Assembly (NCBI RefSeq): GCF_001194135.2
Contig: NC_068999.1
Location: 18,497,022 to 18,560,777 of the forward strand
DNA: 63,756 nt
Source: Octopus bimaculoides
Lineage: Eukaryota
Direction: 5' to 3'
Shown: positions 51,398-63,756 of the stretch, one piece after another
Numbering within the stretch: position 1 is the first letter of the stretch
Layout of the letters: every line of letters begins with the position of its first letter
Program-made: the position numbers and the translations under genes
The notes under the pieces: model-generated
The model's database searches: none
The model's input: the letters and a program-made list of their open reading frames with translations, nothing else
What the model was told of the DNA's origin: nothing

Positions 51398-53569
51398 NNN
51401 NNNNNNNNNNNNNNNNNNNNNNNNNNNNNNNNNNNNNNNNNNNNNNNNNNNNNNNNNNNNNNNNNNNNNNNNNNNNNNNNNNNNNNNNNNNNNNNNNNNN
51501 NNNNNNNNNNNNNNNNNNNNNNNNNNNNNNNNNNNNNNNNNNNNNNNNNNNNNNNNNNNNNNNNNNNNNNNNNNNNNNNNNNNNNNNNNNNNNNNNNNNN
51601 NNNNNNNNNTATATATATACAACAACGGATATTAAATGTCTTTTCGTATTAACTGTCTTTTCTTTCCTTATTCGTATCAAAATATAACCGAACTTTCGAA
51701 ATGGATAATGAAATATCAAAGCTATTCGCTAATCTTCTTTTCGGAAGCATACATTTCCAAATAGAAACAATGGTATATTTATTAAACACTATATTAAAAA
51801 ATTATCGAGTATTTCTAAACGACTGTGAACTTAAATATGATGAATTCCATAACTTCTACAAGCAAAACAAAATATGACATGGAGTTTTATATTTCTGTAT
51901 ATAATGAAACGAGAATGTTAAACGTATAAAATTCATTATGCTGAAAACTGCTTCGCTTTTGCCGCAATATAAACGAAAAATATAAACTGAACAAAAATCA
52001 TATTAAATAATTAAATGGATACCATGAGAATCATATTATAAAATGAGTTCATTAAGAAACAAGACTAAGAATGATTTGAGCACAAATATCACCACAGTAA
52101 AATAAAGTTGTAATATTTTTTTTAACGTATTTGGATATGAAAATTGAACTTTCAACAATCCAATTCAGATCGGGAAACTGAAACATTTGAAGTAAAATTT
52201 TACTCAATTAGATTTTATAATTGGATGTCAAAATACGTTATGTTAAATCATGCGTTTAAAAAGATTTTGTCGTAGCACACGACGATGATTATGTTAACAA
52301 TGAAATCATTTACAGATTTTGCTTAACTACTTTTTATTTACGTTAACCAAGCAGGAAACCGTTAATGTAATTGCATTATCAGTTGTTCGATTCCTCGTTC
52401 AATAAATCAGACAGATAGGATTGTGAATTTATTCTCGTCGCTATTCGCGACGTTATCATTGACATGGCCTCTCTATTCAATGTCTGTTGTTTACGAATTA
52501 TATATCTATTCAGTTCATAAATTCAATATAAAATACTCTGCGCTGTGAATCTATAAGCAACAGATGTATATTTGCATAAAACTCTCACCCTATCACATTC
52601 AACATTATATTCTCAAACTGGAATTTAATTACCATAGATAAATGCAACGTTTCCTAGAGTCACAATCGATGTTGGCCTACATGTGTCGAGTAAAATATCA
52701 CAAATTTACTTTAATTTCATTCCTAATGAAAATAAATAGTACCCAAGTGAGTGAGCTAAAAATTATTTTGAGTAACACATGAAAGAAATATCAGAGAGAA
52801 AGAGATCGACAGTAAATATTCGATTTTGGGATATGAACATATATATGTATATGTTCATATCCCATATATGTTCACACATATATGTTCACAGCATATATGT
52901 GTATATATATANNNNNNNNNNNNNNNNNNNNNNNNNNNNNNNNNNNNNNNNNNNNNNNNNNNNNNNNNNNNNNNNNNNNNNNNNNNNNNNNNNNNNNNNN
53001 NNNNNNNNNNNNNNNNNNNNNNNNNNNNNNNNNNNNNNNNNNNNNNNNNNNNNNNNNNNNNNNNNNNNNNNNNNNNNNNNNNNNNNNNNNNNNNNNNNNN
53101 NNNNNNNNNNNNNNNNNNNNNNNNNNNNNNNNNNNNNNNNNNNNNNNNNNNNNNNNNNNNNNNNNNNNNNNNNNNNNNNNNNNNNNNNNNNNNNNNNNNN
53201 NNNNNNNNNNNNNNNNNNNNNNNNNNNNNNNNNNNNNNNNNNNNNNNNNNNNNNNNNNNNNNNNNNNNNNNNNNNNNNNNNNNNNNNNNNNNNNNNNNNN
53301 NNNNNNNNNNNNNNNNNNNNNNNNNNNNNNNNNNNNNNNNNNNNNNNNNNNNNNNNNNNNNNNNNNNNNNNNNNNNNNNNNNNNNNNNNNNNNNNNNNNN
53401 NNNNNNNNNNNNNNNNNNNNNNNNNNNNNNNNNNNNNNNNNNNNNNNNNNNNNNNTATATATACACATACATACATATATGTGTGTATGTGTGTGTTTGT
53501 GTGCTTGTTTCTGTGTATGTATGTGTGTGCGGGCGTGTGTGTGTATGTATGTGTATTTGTGATTGTGTG

Positions 53570-53614
<45 letters not shown>

Positions 53615-54890
53615 GAGCATATACATATATACAGATGCATATTCTTGTGTACGTGTACGCACATACCCACAACATACACACACATATAGGTATGCATCTT
53701 TATCTATGTATATATAGATGTGTGCGGGGATATGTATAGCCGTATGGGTGTGCATACACATATAAATACACAGGGGATTTGAGAGGAAGACTTGCTTATA
53801 AATCAAAACTGAGTCGCAATCTCAATACCATGAATGGGTAGACGAAGACAAGAGTAATATTATTGTAAAATGGAATATATAAGTGCAGATGTGAGATAGT
53901 AGTTTGAAAATTTATGTATAATATTATGATAATGTCGTAGACAATAAGTATAGAGAACATACATCTATAATGTAAATATAACTCTCCCTGTCTTTCTCAC
54001 CCTTTCTCTATCTCTCCCACACTGTCTCTGTGTATGTAGTTATCTTTCTATTTATCTATTCTGTATATGTATATATGTATATATATATATATATATNNNN
54101 NNNNNNNNNNNNNNNNNNNNNNNNNNNNNNNNNNNNNNNNNNNNNNNNNNNNNNNNNNNNNNNNNNNNNNNNNNNNNNNNNNNNNNNNNNNNNNNNNNNN
54201 NNNNNNNNNNNNNNNNNNNNNNNNNNNNNNNNNNNNNNNNNNNNNNNNNNNNNNNNNNNNNNNNNNNNNNNNNNNNNNNNNNNNNNNNNNNNNNNNNNNN
54301 NNNNNNNNNNNNNNNNNNNNNNNNNNNNNNNNNNNNNNNNNNNNNNNNNNNNNNNNNNNNNNNNNNNNNNNNNNNNNNNNNNNNNNNNNNNNNNNNNNNN
54401 NNNNNNNNNNNNNNNNNNNNNNNNNNNNNNNNNNNNNNNNNNNNNNNNNNNNNNNNNNNNNNNNNNNNNNNNNNNNNNNNNNNNNNNNNNNNNNNNNNNN
54501 NNNNNNNNNNNNNNNNNNNNNNNNNNNNNNNNNNNNNNNNNNNNNNNNNNNNNNNNNNNNNNNNNNNNNNNNNNNNNNNNNNNNNNNNNNNNNNNNNNNN
54601 NNNNNNNNNNNNNNNNNNNNNNNNNNNNNNNNNNNNNNNNNNNNNNNNNNNNNNNNNNNNNNNNNNNNNNNNNNNNNNNNNNNNNNNNNNNNNNNNNNNN
54701 NNNNNNNNNNNNNNNNNNNNNNNNNNNNNNNNNNNNNNNNNNNNNNNNNNNNNNNNNNNNNNNNNNNNNNNNNNNNNNNNNNNNNNNNNNNNNNNNNNNN
54801 NNNNNNNNNNNNNNNNNNNNNNNNNNNNNNNNNNNNNNNNNNNNNNNNNNNNNNNNNNNNNNNNNNNNNNNNNNNNNNNNNNNNNNNNNN

Positions 54891-54891
54891 A

Positions 54892-54964
<73 letters not shown>

Positions 54965-55010
54965 CATTATTATTATTATTATTATTATTATCATTATTAT
55001 TATTATCATT
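54891..55010. repeat. (ATT)n/(ATC) microsatellite at a gap edge
   Basis: Direct inspection. Confidence 0.95.
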
Positions 55011-55629
55011 GTCTGACTTCCTTTCATTATTGTTTACATTTCTTGCCGAGCGTCTTCCCGACATATAGGCAAAGGAACTTACTGTATACATTGCTACGCC
55101 ATGAAAATAAACATATAAGATTGTTCATTTAGGAAGTTCACTTAAAGATAGAACAAAGGAGAAAAAATAAAACGAGAAAGAAATTCAAAGGCAGAAAGTA
55201 AAGAGAGAAGAAATAAAATTTCAAACGAAAATGATAAAGAACAACAGAGAAAACTTCACGAATTCAATCTAGAATTAACTTCCTTGATACACTGTCAACT
55301 CTCGTATTTGACCGGGTAGTAAGTTCCATCAAGCGTAATAAGGTAATTGTTTTGTCTGTTATCTTGTGCACTTGTGACAACTGTAATTATTTTTTATTGA
55401 AATCATCCACAGTATTCATATTTCTCTAGCCCAAACCTGGTATTTCTTATATTCTCTTGTTTCACCTCTACGTTTATGTCCGCGGATATAGACGAACATC
55501 AACAAAACAAACAGAGAAAATCGCGAAAAGTATAAACGCGAAATAAGTAATGAAAAAGAGGAATGTGTTATGCTCATAAGTTCTTGTAGTCTCTTGGCAC
55601 AGAAGGAATACCGATGCTGACACTACATT

Positions 55630-56953
55630 GAAGACTACGGTGTCATGTGTTCATTCCCCGTAAACGAAGGTAACACCCCTTATTTTTCGAGCAGTGCCAA
55701 GCCGTGCTGTTCACTGCAAGTGCTCCACCCTTATTGCAGCACGTTTTTTCTACGTACTTCTCAAGATTTTTATTCACTGTTCTCAGGGCTCCGACAATTA
55801 TTTGTACTACCATTTTTTCCCAGGACCACAACTGCTTAACCTCCAAAGTTAACCAGTATATCTGTCGACTTTTCTTTCTTCTTTATCGCATATATTGTTG
55901 TCAGCTGGGCATGCATCGTTTGTTTTTTTCTTAATTAAGACTAGGTCTGATACCATATCTTTTTCATGGTCGCACTGAATCACAAAATACGATCGTATCA
56001 ATGCGTTATCATTTTCGATGATAGCTTCGGTTTTAAGTCCGTACCACGTTTTTGCTATGTCTAGTGTATACTTGTTGCAAACCGTTCAATGGGCAATCTT
56101 TGCTATATTGTCATAACGTCTCTTACATTCTTTCTGTGCTAGTGGCGTACATTCACTGGTAATACACCATACGGTTTCACAATATTGTCCAAAATTCTGC
56201 ACTTACCTGTTTATGATGTGCTGTCTGTTCTGTAATTGATGTAACTGATTCTTAAGGCTTGCTCGTGGGCAGCATAACTTTGAGCCTCCGTTTCCAGTTT
56301 TAAATGACTTTTAGTATTTAATGGCTATCTTCTCTCTTTTATCTTCAACATCCCTATGAAACTGTCCATGCATTATTTTCTTTATCCAACTACTATTTTC
56401 AGTTTCATTCATTCTCAAGTGCTTTATCTTTGCAATCATCCATCATACACAAGCCTGACTTTCTTACTTCCAATAACAGCAGTTCAGTGGCGTTTTTACA
56501 TACCATGCTCTGTTGTTTTCTTCTGCTGTCATGCTGTGTTCGCAACCAATCAGTCCTCTTCCCTTTCATATTCTTGGTGGATACAGTCTCTCTATGTCAC
56601 GTTTTGGATGGAGTATCCAATATCTAGTCAGTAACGCAGTTGTCTTTTTGTCTGAGCTGAATAATTCCTCTACTGTCTATGCAATTGCCACTGCTCAATA
56701 TCTAAGGAGTGGACTCAGAAAGTGTGGTGTGTTAGCCTTGAATAGAGGGAAAATCAAATGTTTGGATGAGCTATCATTACCGTCGGAGTAGGCTATGAAG
56801 CAGATAGAACAGACTGGCTATGAGTAGTGGGGGATATTGGAAAAGGATAAATTGATGTAGAAAGAAATGACAGAAAAATTTGAGGCGGAGTACTTGCGAA
56901 GACTGCGACTGGTCCTTAAGTCGAAATTAAAGGTACGGAATATGATTGAAGCT
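55630..56953 (-). mobile_element. RLE-type LINE with an inverted 5' segment (sense part 55630 to about 56702 on -, inverted part about 56703-56953 on +)
   Basis: Minus: *AVAIA..LHPKRDIERLY..KGRGLIGCE..MHGQF..LKLETEA..HEQAL..SECTPLAQKE..IIVGALRTV..LGTARKI. Plus: GLRKCGVLALNRGK..GYE*WGILEKD..EMTEKFEAEYLRRLRLVLKSKLKVRNMIEA. Confidence 0.85.
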
Positions 56954-57716
56954 TGGTATTGTAAAAATATGGTGTTGAGTTTCGAATGTGATGCCGAGAT
57001 GTTTCTAGGGCAGTGCAGACTTTTTCATACAAGTCCAAACCACTTTTCTTTCAAATGATTCGAATGTTGCGCAATGGATATATCGACAAAATAGATGATG
57101 CAGAGAATATGGACCCTTTAAAACATCAGAATATCAGGTGTTCAACCATATACTATTCATAGCTTTCTTCCGTGATTTCTGTGACGATCAAGTACGAAAC
57201 ATATGACTGCATCTAACTTATGCCAGACGAGGTATAGTTTGGTTTTTCATAGAGGGTTACAACCGCTTTCGGACACTACGTTGACACTAGAATTTTTTTC
57301 TCTTTTCGTACCCATATTTATAATTCCCATGAAACGAATCTTAAATTTGCTGGTTTGTGGAATCCTAATATCAGCATTTTTACTTTTGTTGCTGACTTTA
57401 TTTTTAGATGGGTTTGCATTGGCGTAGCTAGTGATGGTGTTTGTGTTGGATTTCTTGCTTGTACTGGTAGTGGTTGCTTTCCTTATGGTGTAAAAATAAG
57501 TTTTCAAATAATGAGACGGTGGGTAGTAAAGTTCTTTATAGGAATATTAATGATTTTCTTCGTTTTACTTTCGGACATACGAGAAAAAGCAGCAGGATAA
57601 CTGGCTTTTCTAGGACTGATTTACAGTTATAAAAGAAGCAGATATATAATAATAGATAATAACTTTAGTTATCAGAAAAGTGCTATGAGACTAAAAGTAA
57701 ACTTTTTTCTATAATG

Positions 57717-58621
57717 TTATCCAATAAAGCCTTCAACTTCAACAGCTGCTTCTTTATGAGATCTAAATCATCTACATGCTCGAATAAAGTGGTCATGGTT
57801 CATTTTGGACCTTACACTGACTATGACATTTTTCAAAGAATATTTGATGCTTTAAGCGCGTTCATTGACCGCTCTCTTACCAACGCTCAACATGTAACAG
57901 TTCAATGGATTGAGATCTCGGGAATTAGGTCAACTTTTAGGCGTTATATGATCATGAAAATATTCAGCCATACATTGCTGTGTTACTAGAGCCATAGTTG
58001 ATAGTACAGTCTTGCAGAAACGCATGTGGTATTGTATTGCATACATTGTCTATCCAGGGCTTCACAAGTATTTCCAGGACCTCAATGTAGGCGCAGATTT
58101 AACTCTAAGGCCTTGTGGGAAGAAGCAAGGTGGCATCACATGTCTTTCATTGCCGAGAACCCGTTAAACCATAACAGTTGCAGGAATTGTTGTATGCATA
58201 AGACTTGGAAATTCAGAAGGGTCTGCTCATAACCATCTGTCACTTCTATTAAATTTTTGATCTGTGTGTAAGATTTTCTCATTTGAGAGAAACCAAATCA
58301 AATCGTCTGCTGGATTAAGAGCCTTTTAGATCTGATGTAGTGATTTCCCTTTGCTTTTTCTGACAAATTGACCTTTCTTCATCATATAAGACTTATATCT
58401 GATCTCTTAGTGAACAACATTTCTTATTGTTCCTTCTTGCATATGGAGATGTTTTGCAATTGACCTCTTGGAGTCTCTAGCTCTTTACAAACTTAGTAGA
58501 CGCAAGACCTGGCAACATTTAAAAATCGACATATTTCTAAATCGCTAAGCTCAGCCTTTATAACCACAATACCAGCATGGTTCTTCATTTATTGAGTAAG
58601 CTGAGGGTCTGCAGTTATCAT
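57717..58621 (-). pseudogene. Tc1/mariner-superfamily transposase pseudogene, maT/DD37D-like, near full-length
   Basis: MITADPQLTQ*MKNHAGIVVIKAELSDLEICRFLNVARS; IWFLSNEK..DQKFNRSDRWL; MPPCFFPQGLRV..YIEVLE..VKPWID; FLQD..ALVTQQCMAEYFHDHITPKS*PNSRDLNPLNCY; ends EGFIG*. Frameshifts and stops are present; the DD37D spacing is inferred from the family pattern. Confidence 0.85.
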
Positions 58622-61600
58622 TTTCTGAAACAAATATCATAGTGTTAGTAAAAAATGCAGCAATGACCCAAATATATGTCTTCAAATACCTTGAACACCG
58701 TTTGTGTACCCGTGTGTACATATATNNNNNNNNNNNNNNNNNNNNNNNNNNNNNNNNNNNNNNNNNNNNNNNNNNNNNNNNNNNNNNNNNNNNNNNNNNN
58801 NNNNNNNNNNNNNNNNNNNNNNNNNNNNNNNNNNNNNNNNNNNNNNNNNNNNNNNNNNNNNNNNNNNNNNNNNNNNNNNNNNNNNNNNNNNNNNNNNNNN
58901 NNNNNNNNNNNNNNNNNNNNNNNNNNNNNNNNNNNNNNNNNNNNNNNNNNNNNNNNNNNNNNNNNNNNNNNNNNNNNNNNNNNNNNNNNNNNNNNNNNNN
59001 NNNNNNNNNNNNNNNNNNNNNNNNNNNNNNNNNNNNNNNNNNNNNNNNNNNNNNNNNNNNNNNNNNNNNNNNNNNNNNNNNNNNNNNNNNNNNNNNNNNN
59101 NNNNNNNNNNNNNNNNNNNNNNNNNNNNNNNNNNNNNNNNNNNNNNNNNNNNNNNNNNNNNNNNNNNNNNNNNNNNNNNNNNNNNNNNNNNNNNNNNNNN
59201 NNNNNNNNNNNNNNNNNNNNNNNNNNNNNNNNNNNNNNNNNNNNNNNNNNNNNNNNNNNNNNNNNNNNNNNNNNNNNNNNNNNNNNNNNNNNNNNNNNNN
59301 NNNNNNNNNNNNNNNATATATACATATATATAACGTTTTAATGAATTTCGCCTAATTCCACTATTCTGGTGTAACCAACAATAGGAAGAATCAACTATTT
59401 TATTACAATGTGATATACATGTTCATGAGCTTCACATCATTGGCAACTAACACTTCATACTTACAAATTGAATTTTGGTTATTCCATGCGATTTGGAGTA
59501 TATAATCAATTTTTATTACACCCAGACAGCCATGACCACTACTATGGTGACATCATACCAAGTGTGGTAGCCAGCACATGGAACTAGTATGATTTATTTA
59601 GGTATACTAATATCCACCGCTAAAGTGATGACAGTATCGAGCTAACTCCTAGCCGAGAATTAATACCACGTGGCAGAAGCTCACCAATACAGGCCTAACA
59701 ATTTTCACTCATCTATAGAACACGTTGCCTAATGTCCGTAGAGGATTCCTGAAGGTTAGTGGTTTGCAAATGGACTTTCTCGTTTCTACTCCCTAGAGTG
59801 AGTACCTGCGATAAAGATCAGGAATATTGGCCTTATGCATTGACTCTAAACAGGTAATGTGTTTTTATTAATTTCCAGACTGTTGCTCAAATCATCTCAA
59901 TGCAGCTAAACGTCAGATGTTATACCTCATTCGAACGAGTACACACACACACATACACGCGCGCGCGCAAAGATACATATATACTGATGATTTTTTACGT
60001 TCGCGCACACGCACGCCCAGATCCCAGACGTACTTGTATTCATATTTTACAAATTTGAAAAATATACTTATAAAAGTAACTACCTTACCAAATGTTTAGA
60101 TTTAATAATCCTTTAAGCACAAAACTATAGAATATTCCCTCCCGTTACCACACAACTTAATAAATCATTTGAGGATGTTATTGTGAAATTTCATTTGAAA
60201 CATATATTCACTTAAGTGATAAAGTGAAAGCGTGTGGGGCGTGGAAAGAGAATCTGTAAAAACTACAGGAAACCTAATATATAAAAAGAAACTTTATAAT
60301 ACCAAAATAAACATTTCTTCTGCTTTGATTTAAAAACAAAAAAATTATCGAATATTTTTAAATATTTTAGGTAGTATATTGATCGTTACACCTTTTTCGC
60401 TATGAATAACTGTAGCCAATGAAAGTAAGTGAAACATGGTATTTGGAAAGTAATCGAGTGGGGAAAGAATAAAGGTAATGAAAAACTAAACACAGTGAGA
60501 GTTGAGTGAGAGAGTGAAGATAGGAGAAAGTGAGAAAAATGAAAAGAATGAGTTATTCTATAATATAATAAAACAAATGGGAATTAATAAGAAGAAAAAA
60601 AAGGGGGAAGACAACTGGAATGGAAGAAAGTAAGAAAAATAGCAGAGACGGAATCTGAAGTTCACACATTTTCATGAGAGTGAATTGAACTTTCGATGCA
60701 TAAAGTTTGGAGGTAAACAAATACACACAAAAAAAAAACAAGCAAAGTGATAAACAAACAATGCAATAACAAAATCTAAACACCTTCTAAAACATCTAAA
60801 GCAGAGGTTAATAAAGCAAATACAGAATGAATTATAGACAAATATGTAAAATAAATAAACATATTTATATGAAAATGGCAAAGAAGGATCAATGAAGTGA
60901 TGAATTATTTCAAACTTTCTTCGCCGACGGCAAACTTAAACCTGTGAAAAGCGTCTGCAAAGAAGAGTTATACACACTCAACACTTATGAATATATGTTT
61001 AGTATCTGTCTCTGCTAAATTCTACAATTATCTCAATCTGAAGTTTATATTGTCTCCTTAACGTTTAATGCGCATCTGTAACGCAGATCATGGCATATAT
61101 TATTAACAATATGCTTGCTATGAAGCGTCTTCAAACGATGATACTTGAAGGAGGTGCGGAAAATGAATTCATAGTTTTTATTTTACTGTGAACCTCATGG
61201 TTTTAGATACCATTGAACCATGATTATTATTACAGGGTTTTCTATTATTATTACTATTATTGTTATCATTGTTGTTGTTATTGTTATTATTATTATTCAG
61301 TAGTTTTTATTTTTATCACGTCATTTAGTGATATAGGGTATAGAGTGGTTGTGAAAGCTCACTTCCCTATATTCTCACCTTCATTGATTCGACGTAGCGA
61401 AGAATGAGTTCGCAAACATCTATTCAACGAATTTCCATTACTCGTTAAGTTAGATAACTGTACCTTCTCATCTAAATATTCATCTGTAAACACACTACCG
61501 ACTTTTAAGTATCAGTGATATTGGTATGGAATACATTAAGTCTATAACGACATTTGAAAACAAATCTAACTTCAGAATATATTATTCTTTCCGAAAAAAT

Positions 61601-61798
61601 AATTGATGGAATACCGATATATACGGAAGCGTCATGTTAGTTTTAGTCTTTCATTATTTGTGTGTTTATTTTTCACTCCTAAACAATTAATCTACGTAGA
61701 TGTACTTAGAAAATGTCACCTACATACTTCCATAAACATATATTATCTATCTATATGTTTACCTACCTATCTATCTATTTATCTATCTATCTATCTCG

Positions 61799-61842
<44 letters not shown>

Positions 61843-61918
61843 NNNNNNNNNNNNNNNNNNNNNNNNNNNNNNNNNNNNNNNNNNNNNNNNNNNNNNNNNN
61901 NNNNNNNNNNNNNNNNNN

Positions 61919-62098
61919 ATATATGCATAAACGTGCACATGTGCAAGCATAGAAATATGTATATATGAATGTGTAAAAAAATATATATATATGCATTTAC
62001 ACGTACACGCACACACATCTATATATGCATAAACGTGCACATGTGCAAGCATAGAAATATGTATATATGAATGTGTAAAAAAATATATATATATGCAT
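61919..62098. repeat. Two-copy duplication of about 78 bp, period 102 bp
   Basis: TATGCATAAACGTGCACATGTGCAAGCATAGAAATATGTATATATGAATGTGTAAAAAAATATATATATATGCAT starts at 61922 and at 62024. Confidence 0.9.
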
Positions 62099-63539
62099 AT
62101 AAGCATATATGCATTACTATTTACATATTGGTGCATGCGAGGTAATGTGTGCATATACGTATGCGTCGTACGTATACGATATTAATGTGAATATCCGTCT
62201 TATTTTTTTCTTTCTTTTAAGATGACGTTTTATCAACATCTATTAGAATAAGTATGTCATTCAGACTATACTTCTGTATTCTGGTGTTACCTTACTCAAC
62301 GCTGCAACGTTCGACCCCCTTTCTGTTTTCATGTGCATAGCCTGATTTTTTTTTTATATTCTTAATATAATTCGTTCTAAATATCAAACTAATGGATGAA
62401 TTTCCTGTTATAATCAATTTTGGTATTACTGTCCTGCATTCATTTCCTTGCGGAAATATATATATATGATATTTAACTTGCTATCGTACTTTGACTTACG
62501 TAAATGTGTATTTAGTTCTTCCTAGCCTCTTCTTTTCCATAAAAATATATAGGAGAGGCATGAGATTATGATTTTCAATTATCAATTGTAAATATATTTA
62601 ATCGAAGAATTATTATCGAAGTAATGTACTCGCAGAAATACGGCAAAATGTACAATACAACTTCTTGCCCCAATGCACTGTGGTATTTAACTAAAAATTT
62701 ACAAAATAAACATACAATAATATATCAAGAGAAGAAATCATAAAATGGTCAAATATATCTACAAATAGAATTTGATTCATTTCTGCATCCACTCAGTTGT
62801 TTTAATATTCTAGTGTATGGTACACAGATAATCGGCTAGCTTGAGTTTTGATAATAAAACAAAAAAAAAACGAAGTATCACTTACAGATAGGAAAGTATA
62901 TACCGAGGAGTATCGATGTACATTTAAAGTTAAGAAACAATTTGAAAATGCATAATCATATCTTTCTGTAATGACAAAGATAGGGGCAGAGAAAAACTGA
63001 GAACGTGAGAGACATAATAAACCTAGAATACTACCTTTAAAGTAAGCGGTAGCGTTCAGCTAGAGGAAAGATAGTCGATACACATCTACAGGCCTTTACA
63101 CACACGCGCATCACATACTGCAAATAGTAGAACGTGCCCCAGCATCAGCACGGTGGTTGTTTCACGACCATATACAGAATGAAATCTGTATTAGCTTCTC
63201 TTTTTCTTTTTTCTCTCGCAAAACTTCAGATCATTTAGTACATAATTTCCGTCGGTCATTGTGGAAAAGCAAACATTTGGTGCTTATTTGACTATTATAT
63301 CATTCCCCTCTTCTTTAAGTATATTACTCCTCAATGATCGAAGGAAATCAAAAACTTCAAATGTAACTGGTAAATATTATTCTATGTATCATAGATACTT
63401 ATACATACATGCTGACGTATATAAATATACCAAGACATATACAAATATATATGTGCTAGTTTCCTATAGTGAATCTAAAAAGAATGTATTTGTACGTGTC
63501 GAATCAAGCTGTCTTAATTAACCTGTCTGTCTATATATC

Positions 63540-63740
63540 TATCTATCTATCTATTTGTCTATCCTTCGATCTAACATCTATGAATCTCTCTCCCCCTCTT
63601 TCTTTCTCTCTTTCTCTCTCTCTCTTTCTCTCTCTCTATTTTTCTCTTTCACTCTCTTTCTCTCTCTCTCTCTTTCACTCTCTCTCTCTTTCTCTCTCTC
63701 TCTCTTTCACTCTCTCTCTCTTTCTCTCTCTCTCTCTGTA
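63540..63740. repeat. (TATC)n then (TC)n satellite with recurring TCTTTCAC interruptions
   Basis: Direct inspection. Confidence 0.9.
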
Positions 63741-63756
63741 TATACATACATATATA

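Noticed and set aside
60900-62965. Resemblance of the joined candidate exons to a Cys-loop receptor pre-M1/M1 (..HRYSSVY..LSLPSAKKV)
   Set aside because: The putative M1 is about 10 residues too short and ends in a stop; likely chance similarity.
1-63756. CRISPR array, rRNA, true tRNA genes, prokaryote-type defence systems
   Set aside because: No regularly spaced repeat-spacer array and no rRNA-like sequence. The tRNA-like A/B boxes all belong to SINE heads. The window is eukaryotic repeat-rich DNA.

Overview
AT-rich, gapped eukaryotic scaffold, rich in microsatellites. The SINE and repeat families look like those of octopod cephalopods; this is recalled from memory, not from a search. I found no intact host protein-coding gene, rRNA, true tRNA or CRISPR array. 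The window is mostly decayed transposons: (i) about eight fragments of RLE-type (R4/Dong-like) LINEs, several abutting (TAA)n tracts and one carrying a twin-priming-type 5' inversion; (ii) two LTR-bounded, internally deleted Gypsy elements (21222-25215 on +, about 38775-41242 on -) plus a loose Gypsy pol fragment; (iii) three DNA-transposase pseudogenes (hAT-related, Tc1, maT/DD37D-like); (iv) about ten tRNA-derived SINE copies; (v) two or three hammerhead-ribozyme-like folds. Most long ORFs in the supplied track are artefacts of N-gaps or microsatellites. The best leads are the hammerhead-like folds, the inverted RLE LINE and the microsatellite-associated insertion pattern. None amounts to a demonstrated new system. 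All translations, alignments and folds were done by eye, so boundaries are approximate unless termini are quoted.
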